Assembly (NCBI RefSeq): GCF_000354175.2
Contig: NC_022349.1
Span: 3,030,001-3,062,000, forward strand
From: Vibrio alginolyticus NBRC 15630 = ATCC 17749
Lineage (GTDB): Bacteria > Pseudomonadota > Gammaproteobacteria > Enterobacterales > Vibrionaceae
Direction: 5' to 3'
DNA length: 32,000 nucleotides
Shown here: positions 1-9,423 of the stretch, in pieces
Numbering within the stretch: position 1 is the first letter of the stretch
Layout: every line of letters begins with the position of its first letter
Notes under the pieces: generated by a model
Told to the model about the DNA's origin: nothing
Databases searched by the model: none
What the model saw: only the letters and a program-made list of their open reading frames with translations
Made by a program: the position numbers and the translations under genes

Positions 1-339
1 TCCACACTTGATCGCCAAAGATGCCAGATACTTCATTAACTTGAGACCAACCCCTTTTCCTCGAACCTTCGAAGATACGAACAGATCTTTTAAGTACATC
101 TGCCCTGAGAGTTTTGGGGCAGGGAACATGACGGTATAAGATGCAAAGCCTACGACGTCATCATTATCGTAAACCGCAATGATATTAACACCAGAATGTT
201 CAGAGAAGACTTGGCTCTTTAGATAATGGACCAGATCGTGTTTTGATGAAGCTTTTTCTTTGAAGTAGTAATGTTCTAACTCAATAAAAATAGGGATGAG
301 ATCTAAGCAGTTGGTTTTGTGTATTGCTCTGATATCCAT
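1..339 (-). CDS. GNAT-family N-acetyltransferase, partial (C-terminus runs off the left window edge)
   Basis: Absent from the ORF track because there is no stop in the window. My reverse-complement translation of 339..1 gives MDIRAIHKTNCLDLIPIFIELEHYYFKEKASSKHDLVHYLKSQVFSEHSGVNIIAVYDNDDVVGFASYTVMFPAPKLSGQMYLKDLFVSSKVRGKGVGLKLMKYLASLAIKCG (113 codons, open to the edge). The segment V-x-x-x-x-RGKGVG-x-x-L matches GNAT acetyl-CoA motif A. An AGGGA SD-like element lies about 6 nt upstream of the ATG. The start is only 21 nt after the recN stop. Confidence 0.6.
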   Translation of the reverse strand, partial: MDIRAIHKTNCLDLIPIFIELEHYYFKEKASSKHDLVHYLKSQVFSEHSGVNIIAVYDNDDVVGFASYTVMFPAPKLSGQMYLKDLFVSSKVRGKGVGLKLMKYLASLAIKCG

Positions 340-360
340 ATCTCATCCCTTGTCGATTTA

Positions 361-2025
361 TTAAGCGGCGATAAGCAGTTCTTTTGCGTTTGCCAACGTT
401 GAGTCGGTTATTTGACTACCACCAAGTAAGCGAGCTAATTCTGCCACACGTTGTTGTTCATCTAATGCGTGCATTTGGGTTTCGGTTTGGCCTGCTTTGG
501 TTTGCTTAGCAACAAACATTTGTTGATGGCCGCATCCGGCAACTTGAGGGAGGTGAGTGACACACAATACTTGAGTAGATTCGCCAAGCTTGCGTAGCAT
601 TTTGCCCACTACGGCAGCTGTTGGGCCACTAATACCTACGTCCACTTCATCGAAGATTAAACTTGGTGTATCTACTTTCTGAGCGGTGATCACTTGGATA
701 GCTAGAGAGATACGTGATAGCTCACCGCCTGACGCAACTTTTGCTATAGGTTGCAATGGTTGTCCCGGGTTGGTCGATACTAAGAAGCACACGCTGTCCA
801 TGCCAAGCGGCGATGGGTGCGTGTTGTCATTGCTAACTTCGATACTGAATACTGCTTTCTCCATGCTCAATTCGTGCATGCTTTGTGTGATCAGTTTGTT
901 CAGTTCTTTTGCGTAACGGCTGCGTGATTTGTGCAGTTTTTCTGCTTGTGTTAGAAAGCTTTGGTACTTGTGTTCTACTTCTTGAGCAAGTTCATCTAAA
1001 CGTTCATCGGAGCAATCTAACGCTTCTACTTGGGCCAGAAGATCTTGATGATGCTGGTAGAGTTCTTCTGGCATTACGTGGTGTTTACGAGCTACAGACA
1101 TCACTTTAGAAAAACGTTCTTCTACATAAGCCATACGAGCTGGATCAACATCGATGCCATCTAAGTAGCTGCGTAATTCATTCTTCGTTTCTTCAAGTTG
1201 AATCATCGCTTCTGACAGCATGTTAGGTAGCTCAGATAGCTTTTCATCTAATTCGGCTAATTGAATTAGGGAGTGATTGGCCGATTGCAAAATACCAAGC
1301 GCATTGACTTCTTCACCTTCGTAAATAAGTTCGATGGCTTGCTGACAGGTAGTGGCGAGTTCACCACTGTTGGATAGTCGTTTATGCTCTTGCTCGAGCT
1401 CTGCAAATTCTTCTTCACCTAGCGATAACTCATTCAGTTCTTTGATTTGGTATTCAAGCAACTGTTTTTGCGCCTGGTTTTGCTGGCTATTTTCTTTTAG
1501 CTGCTTGAGGTTATTATCCGCCTGACGCCAATGCTGGTAAGCACTTCGTGTGCTTTTTAGTAGGTTTAAATGCCCAGCATATTGGTCGAGCATGGCCATT
1601 TGGTGCTCACTTTTCATCAATTGATGATGAGCGTGCTGCCCATGGATATTGATAAGTAGCTGCCCTAGAGATTTGAGTTGTGATAGTGGAACAGGGCTGC
1701 CATTAATGAAGGCTCTTGAGCGGCCTTCTTTTGTGATAATACGACGCAAAATACACTCACTGCCATCTAGCAGATCGTTATCTTCTAACCAACGTGTTGC
1801 ATGTAAGTTGTTGTCCAATAAAAAAGCGGCGCTAACTTCGGTTTTCTCTTCACCTTGTCGCACCATGCCGGCATCGGCTCGTCCGCCTAAGCAGAGCCCT
1901 AAAGCATCGATAGCAATGGATTTACCCGCGCCTGTTTCACCTGTAATGGTGGTCATGCCCTTAGAAAGCTCGAGTTGTAAAGACTTAACAATCGCAAAGT
2001 TATTAACACTTAGATGAGCCAGCAT
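361..2025 (-). CDS. recN: DNA repair protein RecN (SMC-like ATPase)
   Basis: 554-aa ORF. It has an N-terminal Walker A (GETGAGKS), long coiled-coil middle segments, and a C-terminal signature/Walker B region ([14 protein letters not shown]...[12 protein letters not shown]). The sequence is collinear with E. coli RecN as I remember it. SOS boxes lie upstream. Confidence 0.97.
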   Translation of the reverse strand: MLAHLSVNNFAIVKSLQLELSKGMTTITGETGAGKSIAIDALGLCLGGRADAGMVRQGEEKTEVSAAFLLDNNLHATRWLEDNDLLDGSECILRRIITKEGRSRAFINGSPVPLSQLKSLGQLLINIHGQHAHHQLMKSEHQMAMLDQYAGHLNLLKSTRSAYQHWRQADNNLKQLKENSQQNQAQKQLLEYQIKELNELSLGEEEFAELEQEHKRLSNSGELATTCQQAIELIYEGEEVNALGILQSANHSLIQLAELDEKLSELPNMLSEAMIQLEETKNELRSYLDGIDVDPARMAYVEERFSKVMSVARKHHVMPEELYQHHQDLLAQVEALDCSDERLDELAQEVEHKYQSFLTQAEKLHKSRSRYAKELNKLITQSMHELSMEKAVFSIEVSNDNTHPSPLGMDSVCFLVSTNPGQPLQPIAKVASGGELSRISLAIQVITAQKVDTPSLIFDEVDVGISGPTAAVVGKMLRKLGESTQVLCVTHLPQVAGCGHQQMFVAKQTKAGQTETQMHALDEQQRVAELARLLGGSQITDSTLANAKELLIAA

Positions 2026-2034
2026 TTTATTTAC

Positions 2035-2090
2035 CTGTATAACTGAACAATACTGTATAAGAGAACAGTATATACTGTTTCTTTATACAG
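2035..2090 (-). promoter_or_regulatory. recN SOS operator: two perfect and one degenerate LexA box (CTGT-N8-ACAG)
   Basis: CTGTATAAGAGAACAG at 2053-2068 and CTGTTTCTTTATACAG at 2075-2090 both fit CTGT-N8-ACAG exactly. CTGTATAACTGAACAA at 2035-2050 has one degenerate half. All three lie within 70 bp upstream of the recN ATG (2025). This matches the multi-box architecture known for E. coli recN. Confidence 0.85.
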
Positions 2091-2145
2091 TAAAGTCAGG
2101 TAAGGAAAATTTTCTTTGTAGGCTGTTTTTTTGTGATGAAGTGGG

Positions 2146-2177
2146 AAAAATGAGCCGATGTGATTACAACGACTCAT
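2146..2177 (-). terminator. Weak intrinsic terminator after the lipoprotein gene
   Basis: The minus strand reads ATGAGtCG-(12 nt loop)-CGgCTCAT followed by TTTTT. The stem has 7 bp with one mismatch. It lies 15 nt downstream of the stop at 2192. Confidence 0.4.
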
Positions 2178-2191
2178 TAAAATTGAACAGG

Positions 2192-3373
2192 TTACGGACG
2201 AGTTGGGTTAATCGTTAGTGGTTCTAGTGTGACGACTGCATTCACACCTGCACCTGGGTGATCTACGTATGAAGTATCTTGCATTAGAGTGTAGTAAACG
2301 TCGACGAAGTCATCATCATTCGTGAGTACACCATCGGGGATAGTGTCGATGATCTTGTTCGTGATTTGCGGAATAATCGCGTAAGCCTGAACTTCTGGAT
2401 CTGGAATCGCTTTCAATACTTCTTCGGCAACTTGAACAAGGAGTTTTGCCAATTGTTTATAGTCTGTGCCGTCATCTTGCTCCATGAGCACAATGTCTGC
2501 CGCACCCCAGCGGTAACGAGACCAGTGAATAATGATCTGATTCGGATAGTAATCTTGGTTATCGTAGTCTAAGTATGGAAGCTCCACCAAATCGAGAGTA
2601 GGTTCATCACGACTTGGATTGACGCCCGTTACGATAGCGTAGATTTCTGCCTTGCCAGAGATCCAAGGTTCTTTGTCATCGGCTAGACGGATCTTTTTCA
2701 ACTGCGTGGTTTGAATTGGAGCCGCTTCGCTATTTGACAATAGCGGTGTATTTTGGCGTTGTTCATCAGCAATATATGGTTGAACTAAAGCTGGTTGACC
2801 GAGTTTTTTCATCTCAGCTTGCATAGCTTGCAAGCCTGCTTTTAGCTCTGCAGAGCTATTGTTATCAACGACAAGCACAGGTACCTCAGGGAGCTGGTAA
2901 ACATCGAGTTGATGGATGTTGCCATAAACATCAAATGCTTCGATGTATTGCCAATTCTCATCATCACCACTTGGTTCAAATGCAAATAATGGCTCGACCT
3001 CGCCACTTTGCCATGCTGTTATCATGGCTTCATTTGCCAAGCGAACTTCTAACAACTGATCTGAGTATTCAGAAATACCTTTCCAGCTACGAATTTGAGT
3101 GTCAGCTTGTACAAGCTGGCGGCTGAACTCTGAGTTAGGGTTTTGCTTAACAAATGCTGATACAGAAACGTTAGTCTGTTGCGGAGTAATATCTCTTCTC
3201 AGCATGGGTTCAATGGCAGCATAATTCTCACTCAATTGTTGAGCTAGGGCCCGTTTCGTCTTAGTGATATCTTCCGCTTTTGCGTTGGACACACTGTTGA
3301 CTTGCGTTTCCTCTGATTGGCAGCCAATAAGTGCTAATGTACTGAGAACAGACAGAATGATGGTTTTCTTCAT
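2192..3373 (-). CDS. Conserved-looking lipoprotein of unknown function (393 aa)
   Basis: The ORF track gives 2192..3442. I move the start to the ATG at 3373, which has an AGGA about 8 nt upstream and gives MKKTIILSVLSTLALIGC, a signal peptide with a lipobox (L-I-G-C). The rest is an acidic, Asp/Tyr-rich soluble domain. I recognise no catalytic motif or family by eye. Confidence 0.75.
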   Translation of the reverse strand: MKKTIILSVLSTLALIGCQSEETQVNSVSNAKAEDITKTKRALAQQLSENYAAIEPMLRRDITPQQTNVSVSAFVKQNPNSEFSRQLVQADTQIRSWKGISEYSDQLLEVRLANEAMITAWQSGEVEPLFAFEPSGDDENWQYIEAFDVYGNIHQLDVYQLPEVPVLVVDNNSSAELKAGLQAMQAEMKKLGQPALVQPYIADEQRQNTPLLSNSEAAPIQTTQLKKIRLADDKEPWISGKAEIYAIVTGVNPSRDEPTLDLVELPYLDYDNQDYYPNQIIIHWSRYRWGAADIVLMEQDDGTDYKQLAKLLVQVAEEVLKAIPDPEVQAYAIIPQITNKIIDTIPDGVLTNDDDFVDVYYTLMQDTSYVDHPGAGVNAVVTLEPLTINPTRP

Positions 3374-3575
3374 AATATGTCCTTTATTGATTGTATGAAA
3401 TAGAGTTAATACTCTATTCATGGTGAGAATATCACCGGACATAGATCATTGAATTTGCTTTTCTATCTTTTGTGTAAAGTTTGCCCACAGGATCAAAATT
3501 TATAAGCTTCTCTTTAATGATGACAAATATCGTGTCGCCTCACTACTTTGTGTCTATTTCTTGTCTAAGAAAGCC

Positions 3576-3609
3576 AAAAGCCAGTAGCAATTGAGCTGCT
3601 GGCTTTTTT
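3576..3609. terminator. Stem-loop terminator downstream of nadK (usable in both directions)
   Basis: GCCAGTAGC-aattga-GCTGCTGGC forms a 9-bp stem with 1 mismatch. It is flanked by AAAA on the left and TTTTTT on the right. It lies 30 nt beyond the nadK stop. Confidence 0.55.
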
Positions 3610-3638
3610 ATTGAAGTTATTACCCTGAGTAACAAGTG

Positions 3639-4523
3639 TTAGAACAATTTACTAGACCAGCCAAGCTTATTCCGTAAGACGTGATAGTAGCTGTAGTCTT
3701 TTGGATGGATGAGCTTTAGTACATTTGGACTTTGATAGATGTGAATTTCGTCGCCAGGGGTAACTGGAAGTGAGACTTGTCCATCACAGCTAACTTCTTG
3801 TGTTCCACGGTTTTCTGGTGATACCACCAATTTAATTCGACGTTTTCCATCAACCACCAAAGGTCGACTCGACAATGTATGAGGGAACATTGGCACGAGT
3901 GAAATGGCATTCAAGCTAGGAGAAAGAATTGGGCCGCCGCCAGAAAGTGAATATGCCGTCGAGCCAGTCGGAGTGGAGACAATCAAACCGTCGGCCCGTA
4001 AAGAGAAGGCGAAGCTTTCATCAATATACACTTCAAATTCAATCATATGAGCAATTTGCCCTGGGTGAAGTACGGCTTCGTTTAGCGCAGCGTTATGGCT
4101 CTTTATTTGTCCGTGGCGGTGTACTTCCGCCTCTAAAAGAAAACGCTCCTCTTCAATGTACTCACCGTCGAGTACCGCTTGCAGAGACGCTTGGAAGTCG
4201 TCTGGGTTCAAGTCAGTTAAGAAGCCCAAATTTCCGCGGTTCACGCCTATAACTGGTACATCAAATCGGGATAAAATTCTTGCTGCACCTAGCATGTTGC
4301 CATCGCCACCAACCACAATGGCTAGATCGGCATTTTTTCCTAGTTCAACTAAGCTAGCAAACTGACTCTGTGGGATATCATCCAGTATTGCGGCAAGGCG
4401 ATCGTCAATGAATACTTTATAGCCCTCAGAGGTCAACCATTGGTACAACTCTTTATGAGTTTGAATTGCTTGTTGATCTCTTGGTTTTCCGATAATCGCG
4501 ATCACGTTACATGGATTTTTCAT
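3639..4523 (-). CDS. nadK: NAD(+) kinase
   Basis: 294-aa ORF with the GGDG motif ([16 protein letters not shown]) and the [10 protein letters not shown] and [16 protein letters not shown] motifs typical of NadK/PpnK. It is divergent from grpE, as in other gamma-proteobacteria. Confidence 0.95.
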   Translation of the reverse strand: MKNPCNVIAIIGKPRDQQAIQTHKELYQWLTSEGYKVFIDDRLAAILDDIPQSQFASLVELGKNADLAIVVGGDGNMLGAARILSRFDVPVIGVNRGNLGFLTDLNPDDFQASLQAVLDGEYIEEERFLLEAEVHRHGQIKSHNAALNEAVLHPGQIAHMIEFEVYIDESFAFSLRADGLIVSTPTGSTAYSLSGGGPILSPSLNAISLVPMFPHTLSSRPLVVDGKRRIKLVVSPENRGTQEVSCDGQVSLPVTPGDEIHIYQSPNVLKLIHPKDYSYYHVLRNKLGWSSKLF

Positions 4524-4545
4524 AGCATTTCCGCATTAAAGAGGC

Positions 4546-4573
4546 TTGAATCAGGAATCTTCATCCCCATAAT
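4546..4573 (+). promoter_or_regulatory. Sigma-32 (heat-shock) promoter of grpE
   Basis: TTGAAT (4546-4551), then a 13-nt spacer, then CCCCATAAT (4565-4573). This is the same architecture as the sigma-32 consensus CTTGAAA-N13/14-CCCCATNT and the E. coli grpE promoter as I recall it. Confidence 0.75.
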
Positions 4574-4669
4574 AATGGCAAGTCACCTAAATATGCGAAT
4601 TTTTATGTGGTTAAAGCCCGCAAAAACGCGCATGGCTTTAAGGGCATTATGTTGAATTCTGGAGATATC

Positions 4670-5266
4670 ATGAGCAACGAAGAAAACAAAGTTACAGAAG
4701 AAGAGCTTGATCAAATCATCGAAGAGGCTGAAAAAGTAGAAGCTGAAGCACAAGAAGTTGAAGCTGAGCTTGAAGAGCTTGGTGATGAGACAGACGCTAA
4801 GATTGCTCAACTAGAAGCGGCACTATTGTCTAGCGAGGCAAAAGTAAAAGAGCAACAAGATGCGGTGTTGCGTTCTAAAGCTGAAGTAGAAAACATGCGT
4901 CGTCGCACTGAGCAAGAGATCGATAAAGCACGTAAGTTTGCGTTGAACAAGTTTGCAGAAGAGCTGCTTCCTGTTATTGATAACCTAGAGCGTGCAATTC
5001 AAGCGGCAGATACAGAGAATGAAACTGTGAAGCCGTTCCTAGAAGGCGTTGAACTAACCCATAAAACGTTTGTAGACGTTGTCGCGAAATTTGGCTTGAA
5101 AGCAATCAACCCTGAAGGTGAAGCATTCAATCCAGAGTTCCATCAAGCGATGTCGATTCAGGAGAGCCCTGATCATGAATCAAACACTGTTATGTTTGTT
5201 ATGCAAAAAGGTTACGAACTAAACGGTCGTGTGATTCGTCCGGCAATGGTAATGGTTGCTAAGTAA
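4670..5266 (+). CDS. grpE: Nucleotide exchange factor GrpE
   Basis: The ORF track starts at 4607. The ATG at 4670 has GGAGA 5 nt upstream and gives MSNEENKV... (198 aa). It has an acidic N-terminus, and the conserved GrpE core is present (RRRTEQE...KFA...[11 protein letters not shown]...[14 protein letters not shown]). Confidence 0.95.
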   Translation: MSNEENKVTEEELDQIIEEAEKVEAEAQEVEAELEELGDETDAKIAQLEAALLSSEAKVKEQQDAVLRSKAEVENMRRRTEQEIDKARKFALNKFAEELLPVIDNLERAIQAADTENETVKPFLEGVELTHKTFVDVVAKFGLKAINPEGEAFNPEFHQAMSIQESPDHESNTVMFVMQKGYELNGRVIRPAMVMVAK

Positions 5267-5291
5267 CTTTAACTCCCTGTTTTTTAAATAT

Positions 5292-5328
5292 AAAAGCGCC
5301 CATCATTTTTGATGGGCGCTTTTTTGTT
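5292..5328 (+). terminator. Intrinsic terminator of grpE
   Basis: GCGCCCATC-attttt-GATGGGCGC forms a 9-bp perfect stem, followed by TTTTTT. Confidence 0.85.
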
Positions 5329-5683
5329 TTAAACATAAATGACTGCATCGAACTTCGTTGTATATCGATAAATGAAAATTTGATCCCCTTCATATTTTTT
5401 CCTATTGGTTAATTATTTTCCTATAGGAGATTTTCTCTCATCTCGCTGCGTGTTTATTAACGGAAAGGGCTATAAGTGATTGTAATCATTCGCTGTGTGA
5501 ATGTTTGTTCTGCATAGGAATGTAAATATAGTCATTTTTTCTAAAACAATTTCGTTAACAAAAATGTAAATTATCACTTTATTTTGTAACTTCGGTGTGT
5601 ATGATTTGCGACTAATGCTTTAAAAGTAAGCATATATAACTACAAAAATGTAAATAGTAAACACAGCATATCGGAGATTTATA

Positions 5684-6958
5684 ATGGATAAATCGCTTTC
5701 TAGTAAGATTTTTATAGGCTTGTTTGCCGGCCTTGTGCTGGGGACAGCAATTCAGTACTTATTTAGCGGTATTGCGATTTTTGATACATACCTACTTGGA
5801 GCAGCAGAAGGTGTTGGCGGCATGTTCGTCTCACTGATCAAATTGCTTGTTGTTCCTTTAGTTTACGTTTCAATCGTATGCGGCATTGTTGACTTGAAAG
5901 ATATCAGTGCATTTGGTCGTCTTGGTGGAAAAACTTTTACCCTTTACATTCTTAACACCATCATTGCGATTACGGCGGCTTTGACTGTCGGCTTGATCTT
6001 CCAGCCAGGAGCGGGCGCTAATCTAGCAGGAACGGTATCTGAGGCTGTACAGCTGACAACGACAGAGACGCCGGACATTTTCTCTTTAGTTGTTAACATT
6101 GTTCCTAGCAATCCTGTACAAGCGTTTGCTAGCGGCGACATGCTGCAAATCATCTTTATGGCAATTTTGACGGGGCTTGCAATTCAAGCTTTGGATTCTC
6201 GTGGTGGCCCAGCTATTCGCACATTCAAAATGGCAAATGAAATCATGATGAAATTGGTTGGATTAGTGATGAGTCTTGCACCATATGGTGTGTTCGCACT
6301 AATGATTCAACTAGGTGCAACGCTAAACGCCAATACATTAATGTCCGTTGCCGGTTACGTGGCTTTGGTGGTTGCGATGTTGGTGTTTTGGATCTTCTTC
6401 TTCTACCCAATGGCAGTGAGTATTGCGACAGGAACTTCTCCAAAGACTTTCCTACGTGCAACTCGTGAGCAGATTCTTTTTTCTCTATCTACCGCGAGCT
6501 CAAACGCGACTATCCCGGTAACGATGCGCACACTGACAGAAAAGCTTCAGGTCTCTAAATCGGTTGCTGGCTTCGGTGTACCACTGGGCGCAACGATGAA
6601 TATGTCTGGTGTGTCTATCTATATTGCTCTAGCAACGATGTTTGTTGCGAACGCTTTTGGCCAGCCAATTAACACCGCAGACATCTTCACACTTGGCTTA
6701 ACTATTCTTCTGTTATCTATTGGTGCTGGCGGCGTTCCTGGGGGCGGCGTGGTAATGGTAGGCGTTTTGCTTCACCAACTGGGTTTACCACCTGAAGGTT
6801 TAGCAATCATTGCAGCGGTCGACCGTATTAATGATATGTTCTGTACATCATCTAACGTTGTCGGCGACACGGCAGTGAACACCATTGTTGCAAAAACAGA
6901 AGGTGAGATAGGTAAAGAAGAAGGTGTTGATGCTGAGCCTGCTCAAGCGAACGCCTAA
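5684..6958 (+). CDS. Dicarboxylate/amino acid:cation symporter (DAACS/SLC1 family)
   Basis: 424-aa polytopic ORF with a GGAGA SD. The family motifs STASSNATIPVTM, GVPGGG and DRINDMFCTSSNVVGD match the GltP/DctA-type conserved blocks. The substrate cannot be assigned by eye. Confidence 0.9.
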   Translation: MDKSLSSKIFIGLFAGLVLGTAIQYLFSGIAIFDTYLLGAAEGVGGMFVSLIKLLVVPLVYVSIVCGIVDLKDISAFGRLGGKTFTLYILNTIIAITAALTVGLIFQPGAGANLAGTVSEAVQLTTTETPDIFSLVVNIVPSNPVQAFASGDMLQIIFMAILTGLAIQALDSRGGPAIRTFKMANEIMMKLVGLVMSLAPYGVFALMIQLGATLNANTLMSVAGYVALVVAMLVFWIFFFYPMAVSIATGTSPKTFLRATREQILFSLSTASSNATIPVTMRTLTEKLQVSKSVAGFGVPLGATMNMSGVSIYIALATMFVANAFGQPINTADIFTLGLTILLLSIGAGGVPGGGVVMVGVLLHQLGLPPEGLAIIAAVDRINDMFCTSSNVVGDTAVNTIVAKTEGEIGKEEGVDAEPAQANA

Positions 6959-6992
6959 TACCTTGAATCATTTATTTTAACCCTAATATTGA

Positions 6993-7019
6993 AGCGAGCT
7001 CTTATGAGCTCGTTTTTTA
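6993..7019 (+). terminator. Intrinsic terminator of the symporter gene
   Basis: CGAGCTC-ttat-GAGCTCG followed by TTTTTT. Confidence 0.8.
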
Positions 7020-7155
7020 TTTAGGAAGAGTCGGACATAAATAAATTTATCTGGGAAATGACGTTTTGTTGCGCTACAGCAGTGTGACGAGTTCCCAACT
7101 AATCAGAAAGAAACACATAAATTTCGAAAAAAGACGCTTTTTTTTAATTCTGCCC

Positions 7156-7181
7156 TTGAAAAGCATTTTGCCGCCCTTATC
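7156..7181 (+). promoter_or_regulatory. Possible distal sigma-32 promoter of dnaK (weak -10)
   Basis: cCTTGAAA at 7155-7161 is a perfect -35. The downstream GCCCTTATCT is only a partial match to CCCCATNT, and the spacer is short (11-12 nt). Confidence 0.4.
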
Positions 7182-7231
7182 TATGTGGCATAGAGAAGCA
7201 AACATTGATTATTTTTGTTTGTGAGCAAGGG

Positions 7232-7259
7232 TTGAAACCCGATTCTCCTCCCCCCACAT
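7232..7259 (+). promoter_or_regulatory. Sigma-32 promoter of dnaK (proximal)
   Basis: TTGAAA (7232-7237), then a 14-nt spacer, then CCCCACAT (7252-7259), which matches CCCCATNT at 7 of 8 positions. It lies about 50 nt upstream of the dnaK ATG. Confidence 0.7.
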
Positions 7260-7305
7260 TGGGGTTATAACCAAACGAAAATAGAATTTATTCGGAGATA
7301 GCCAG

Positions 7306-9219
7306 ATGGGTAAAATCATTGGTATTGACTTAGGTACTACTAACTCATGTGTTGCTGTATTAGACGGCGACAAACCACGTGTAATTGAAAACGCAGAGGG
7401 CGAACGTACTACTGCATCGGTTATTGCTTACACTGACGGTGAGACGCTAGTAGGTCAACCAGCGAAACGTCAAGCAGTAACTAACCCAGAAAACACGCTA
7501 TTTGCAATTAAGCGTCTAATCGGTCGTCGTTTTGAAGACGAAGAAGTTCAGCGTGACATCGAAATCATGCCTTACAAAATCGTTAAGGCTGACAACGGTG
7601 ATGCTTGGGTAGAAGCGAAAGGCCAAAAAATGGCAGCTCCTCAGGTTTCTGCTGAAGTTCTTAAGAAAATGAAGAAAACTGCTGAAGACTTCCTTGGTGA
7701 GGAAGTAACTGGCGCAGTTATCACAGTACCTGCTTACTTTAACGATGCTCAGCGTCAAGCGACAAAAGATGCTGGCCGTATCGCAGGTCTAGAAGTTAAA
7801 CGTATCATCAACGAACCAACAGCAGCTGCGCTAGCTTACGGTCTTGATAAGAAAGGCGGCGATCGCACTATCGCGGTATACGACCTTGGTGGTGGTACAT
7901 TCGATATTTCAATCATCGAAATCGATGAAGTTGAAGGCGAGAAAACATTCGAAGTTCTAGCAACTAACGGTGATACTCACCTAGGTGGTGAAGACTTTGA
8001 TAACCGTCTAATCAACTACTTGGTTGATGAGTTCAACAAAGAGCAAGGCATCAACCTTAAAAACGACCCACTAGCAATGCAGCGTGTTAAAGAAGCAGCA
8101 GAGAAAGCGAAAATCGAGCTTTCTTCTACTTCTCAAACAGACGTAAACCTACCTTACGTTACTGCAGATGCAACTGGTCCTAAGCACATGAACATTAAAG
8201 TGACTCGTGCAAAACTAGAATCTCTAGTTGAAGACCTAGTACAACGCTCTCTTGAGCCATTAAAAGTAGCTCTAGCTGACGCTGACCTATCAGTAAACGA
8301 CATCACTGACGTAATCCTAGTTGGTGGTCAGACTCGTATGCCAATGGTTCAAGCGAAAGTTGCTGAGTTCTTTGGTAAAGAAGCGCGCCGTGACGTAAAC
8401 CCTGACGAAGCAGTAGCAATGGGTGCTGCAGTTCAAGGTGGTGTACTTGCTGGTGACGTTAAAGACGTACTACTACTAGACGTAACTCCACTGTCTCTAG
8501 GTATCGAGACAATGGGTGGCGTGATGACTAAGTTAGTTGAGAAGAACACAACTATCCCAACTAAAGCGAACCAAGTTTTCTCTACAGCGGAAGACAACCA
8601 GAGCGCGGTAACTATCCACGTTCTACAAGGTGAGCGTAAGCAAGCGATGTACAACAAGTCTCTAGGCCAATTTAACCTAGAAGGCATCCAGCCTGCACCA
8701 CGTGGTATGCCACAAATCGAGGTTACGTTTGACCTTGATGCGGATGGTATCCTACACGTGTCTGCGAAAGACAAGCAGACTGGTAAAGAGCAGAAGATCA
8801 CTATTCAAGCTTCTGGCGGTCTAAGCGATGAAGACATCGAGAAAATGGTTCAAGAAGCAGAAGCTAACAAAGAAGCGGACAAGAAGTTCGAAGAGCTAGC
8901 GACTGCACGTAACCAAGCTGACCAAATGATTCACGGTACTCGTAAGCAAGTAGAAGAAGCTGGTGAAGCGCTACCTGCAGAAGAGAAAGAGAAGATTGAA
9001 GCAGCAATTTCTGAGCTAGAAACAGCACGTAAAGGCGAAGACAAAGAAGCTATCGATGCTAAAGTTCAAGCACTAATGACTGCTTCTCAAAAGCTGATGG
9101 AAATCGCTCAACAACAAGCTCAAGCGCAGCAAGCACAAGGTGCTGACGCAGGTGCACAGTCTAAAGAAGACGACGTTGTAGATGCTGAGTTCGAAGAAGT
9201 TAAAGACGACAAGAAATAA
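7306..9219 (+). CDS. dnaK: Molecular chaperone DnaK (Hsp70)
   Basis: 637 aa. It begins [18 protein letters not shown] and carries the Hsp70 signatures DLGGGTFD and [11 protein letters not shown]. The GGAGA SD is well placed. Confidence 0.98.
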   Translation: MGKIIGIDLGTTNSCVAVLDGDKPRVIENAEGERTTASVIAYTDGETLVGQPAKRQAVTNPENTLFAIKRLIGRRFEDEEVQRDIEIMPYKIVKADNGDAWVEAKGQKMAAPQVSAEVLKKMKKTAEDFLGEEVTGAVITVPAYFNDAQRQATKDAGRIAGLEVKRIINEPTAAALAYGLDKKGGDRTIAVYDLGGGTFDISIIEIDEVEGEKTFEVLATNGDTHLGGEDFDNRLINYLVDEFNKEQGINLKNDPLAMQRVKEAAEKAKIELSSTSQTDVNLPYVTADATGPKHMNIKVTRAKLESLVEDLVQRSLEPLKVALADADLSVNDITDVILVGGQTRMPMVQAKVAEFFGKEARRDVNPDEAVAMGAAVQGGVLAGDVKDVLLLDVTPLSLGIETMGGVMTKLVEKNTTIPTKANQVFSTAEDNQSAVTIHVLQGERKQAMYNKSLGQFNLEGIQPAPRGMPQIEVTFDLDADGILHVSAKDKQTGKEQKITIQASGGLSDEDIEKMVQEAEANKEADKKFEELATARNQADQMIHGTRKQVEEAGEALPAEEKEKIEAAISELETARKGEDKEAIDAKVQALMTASQKLMEIAQQQAQAQQAQGADAGAQSKEDDVVDAEFEEVKDDKK

Positions 9220-9423
9220 TATTTCTTAACCAGATGGCTGCATAGCCATCTGGGGTCGATAAGACTTCGTGTGCGGGCGTTTGGGGCAACTCTTACGCCC
9301 GTCTGTTTGTAAACGCTGTCTTTCTAGTTAAGTATGTTGCAGACAAGTGCACTTACCTAGAACGATACAAACACCAAGCGGTGAATCGATGCCGTTTGTA
9401 GTAATTAACTGGTGACGAAGAAC

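Noticed and set aside
5415-5480. A GGAGA...CTCTC...ACGGAAAGGGC segment upstream of the amino-acid symporter that superficially recalls a glycine riboswitch.
   Set aside because: Only loose similarity to the GGAGAG / CACCGAAGGGGCAA blocks is present. There is no second aptamer, and the CTCTCAGGCAAAAGGAC-type segment is missing. A cmscan would be needed, but by eye it does not fit.
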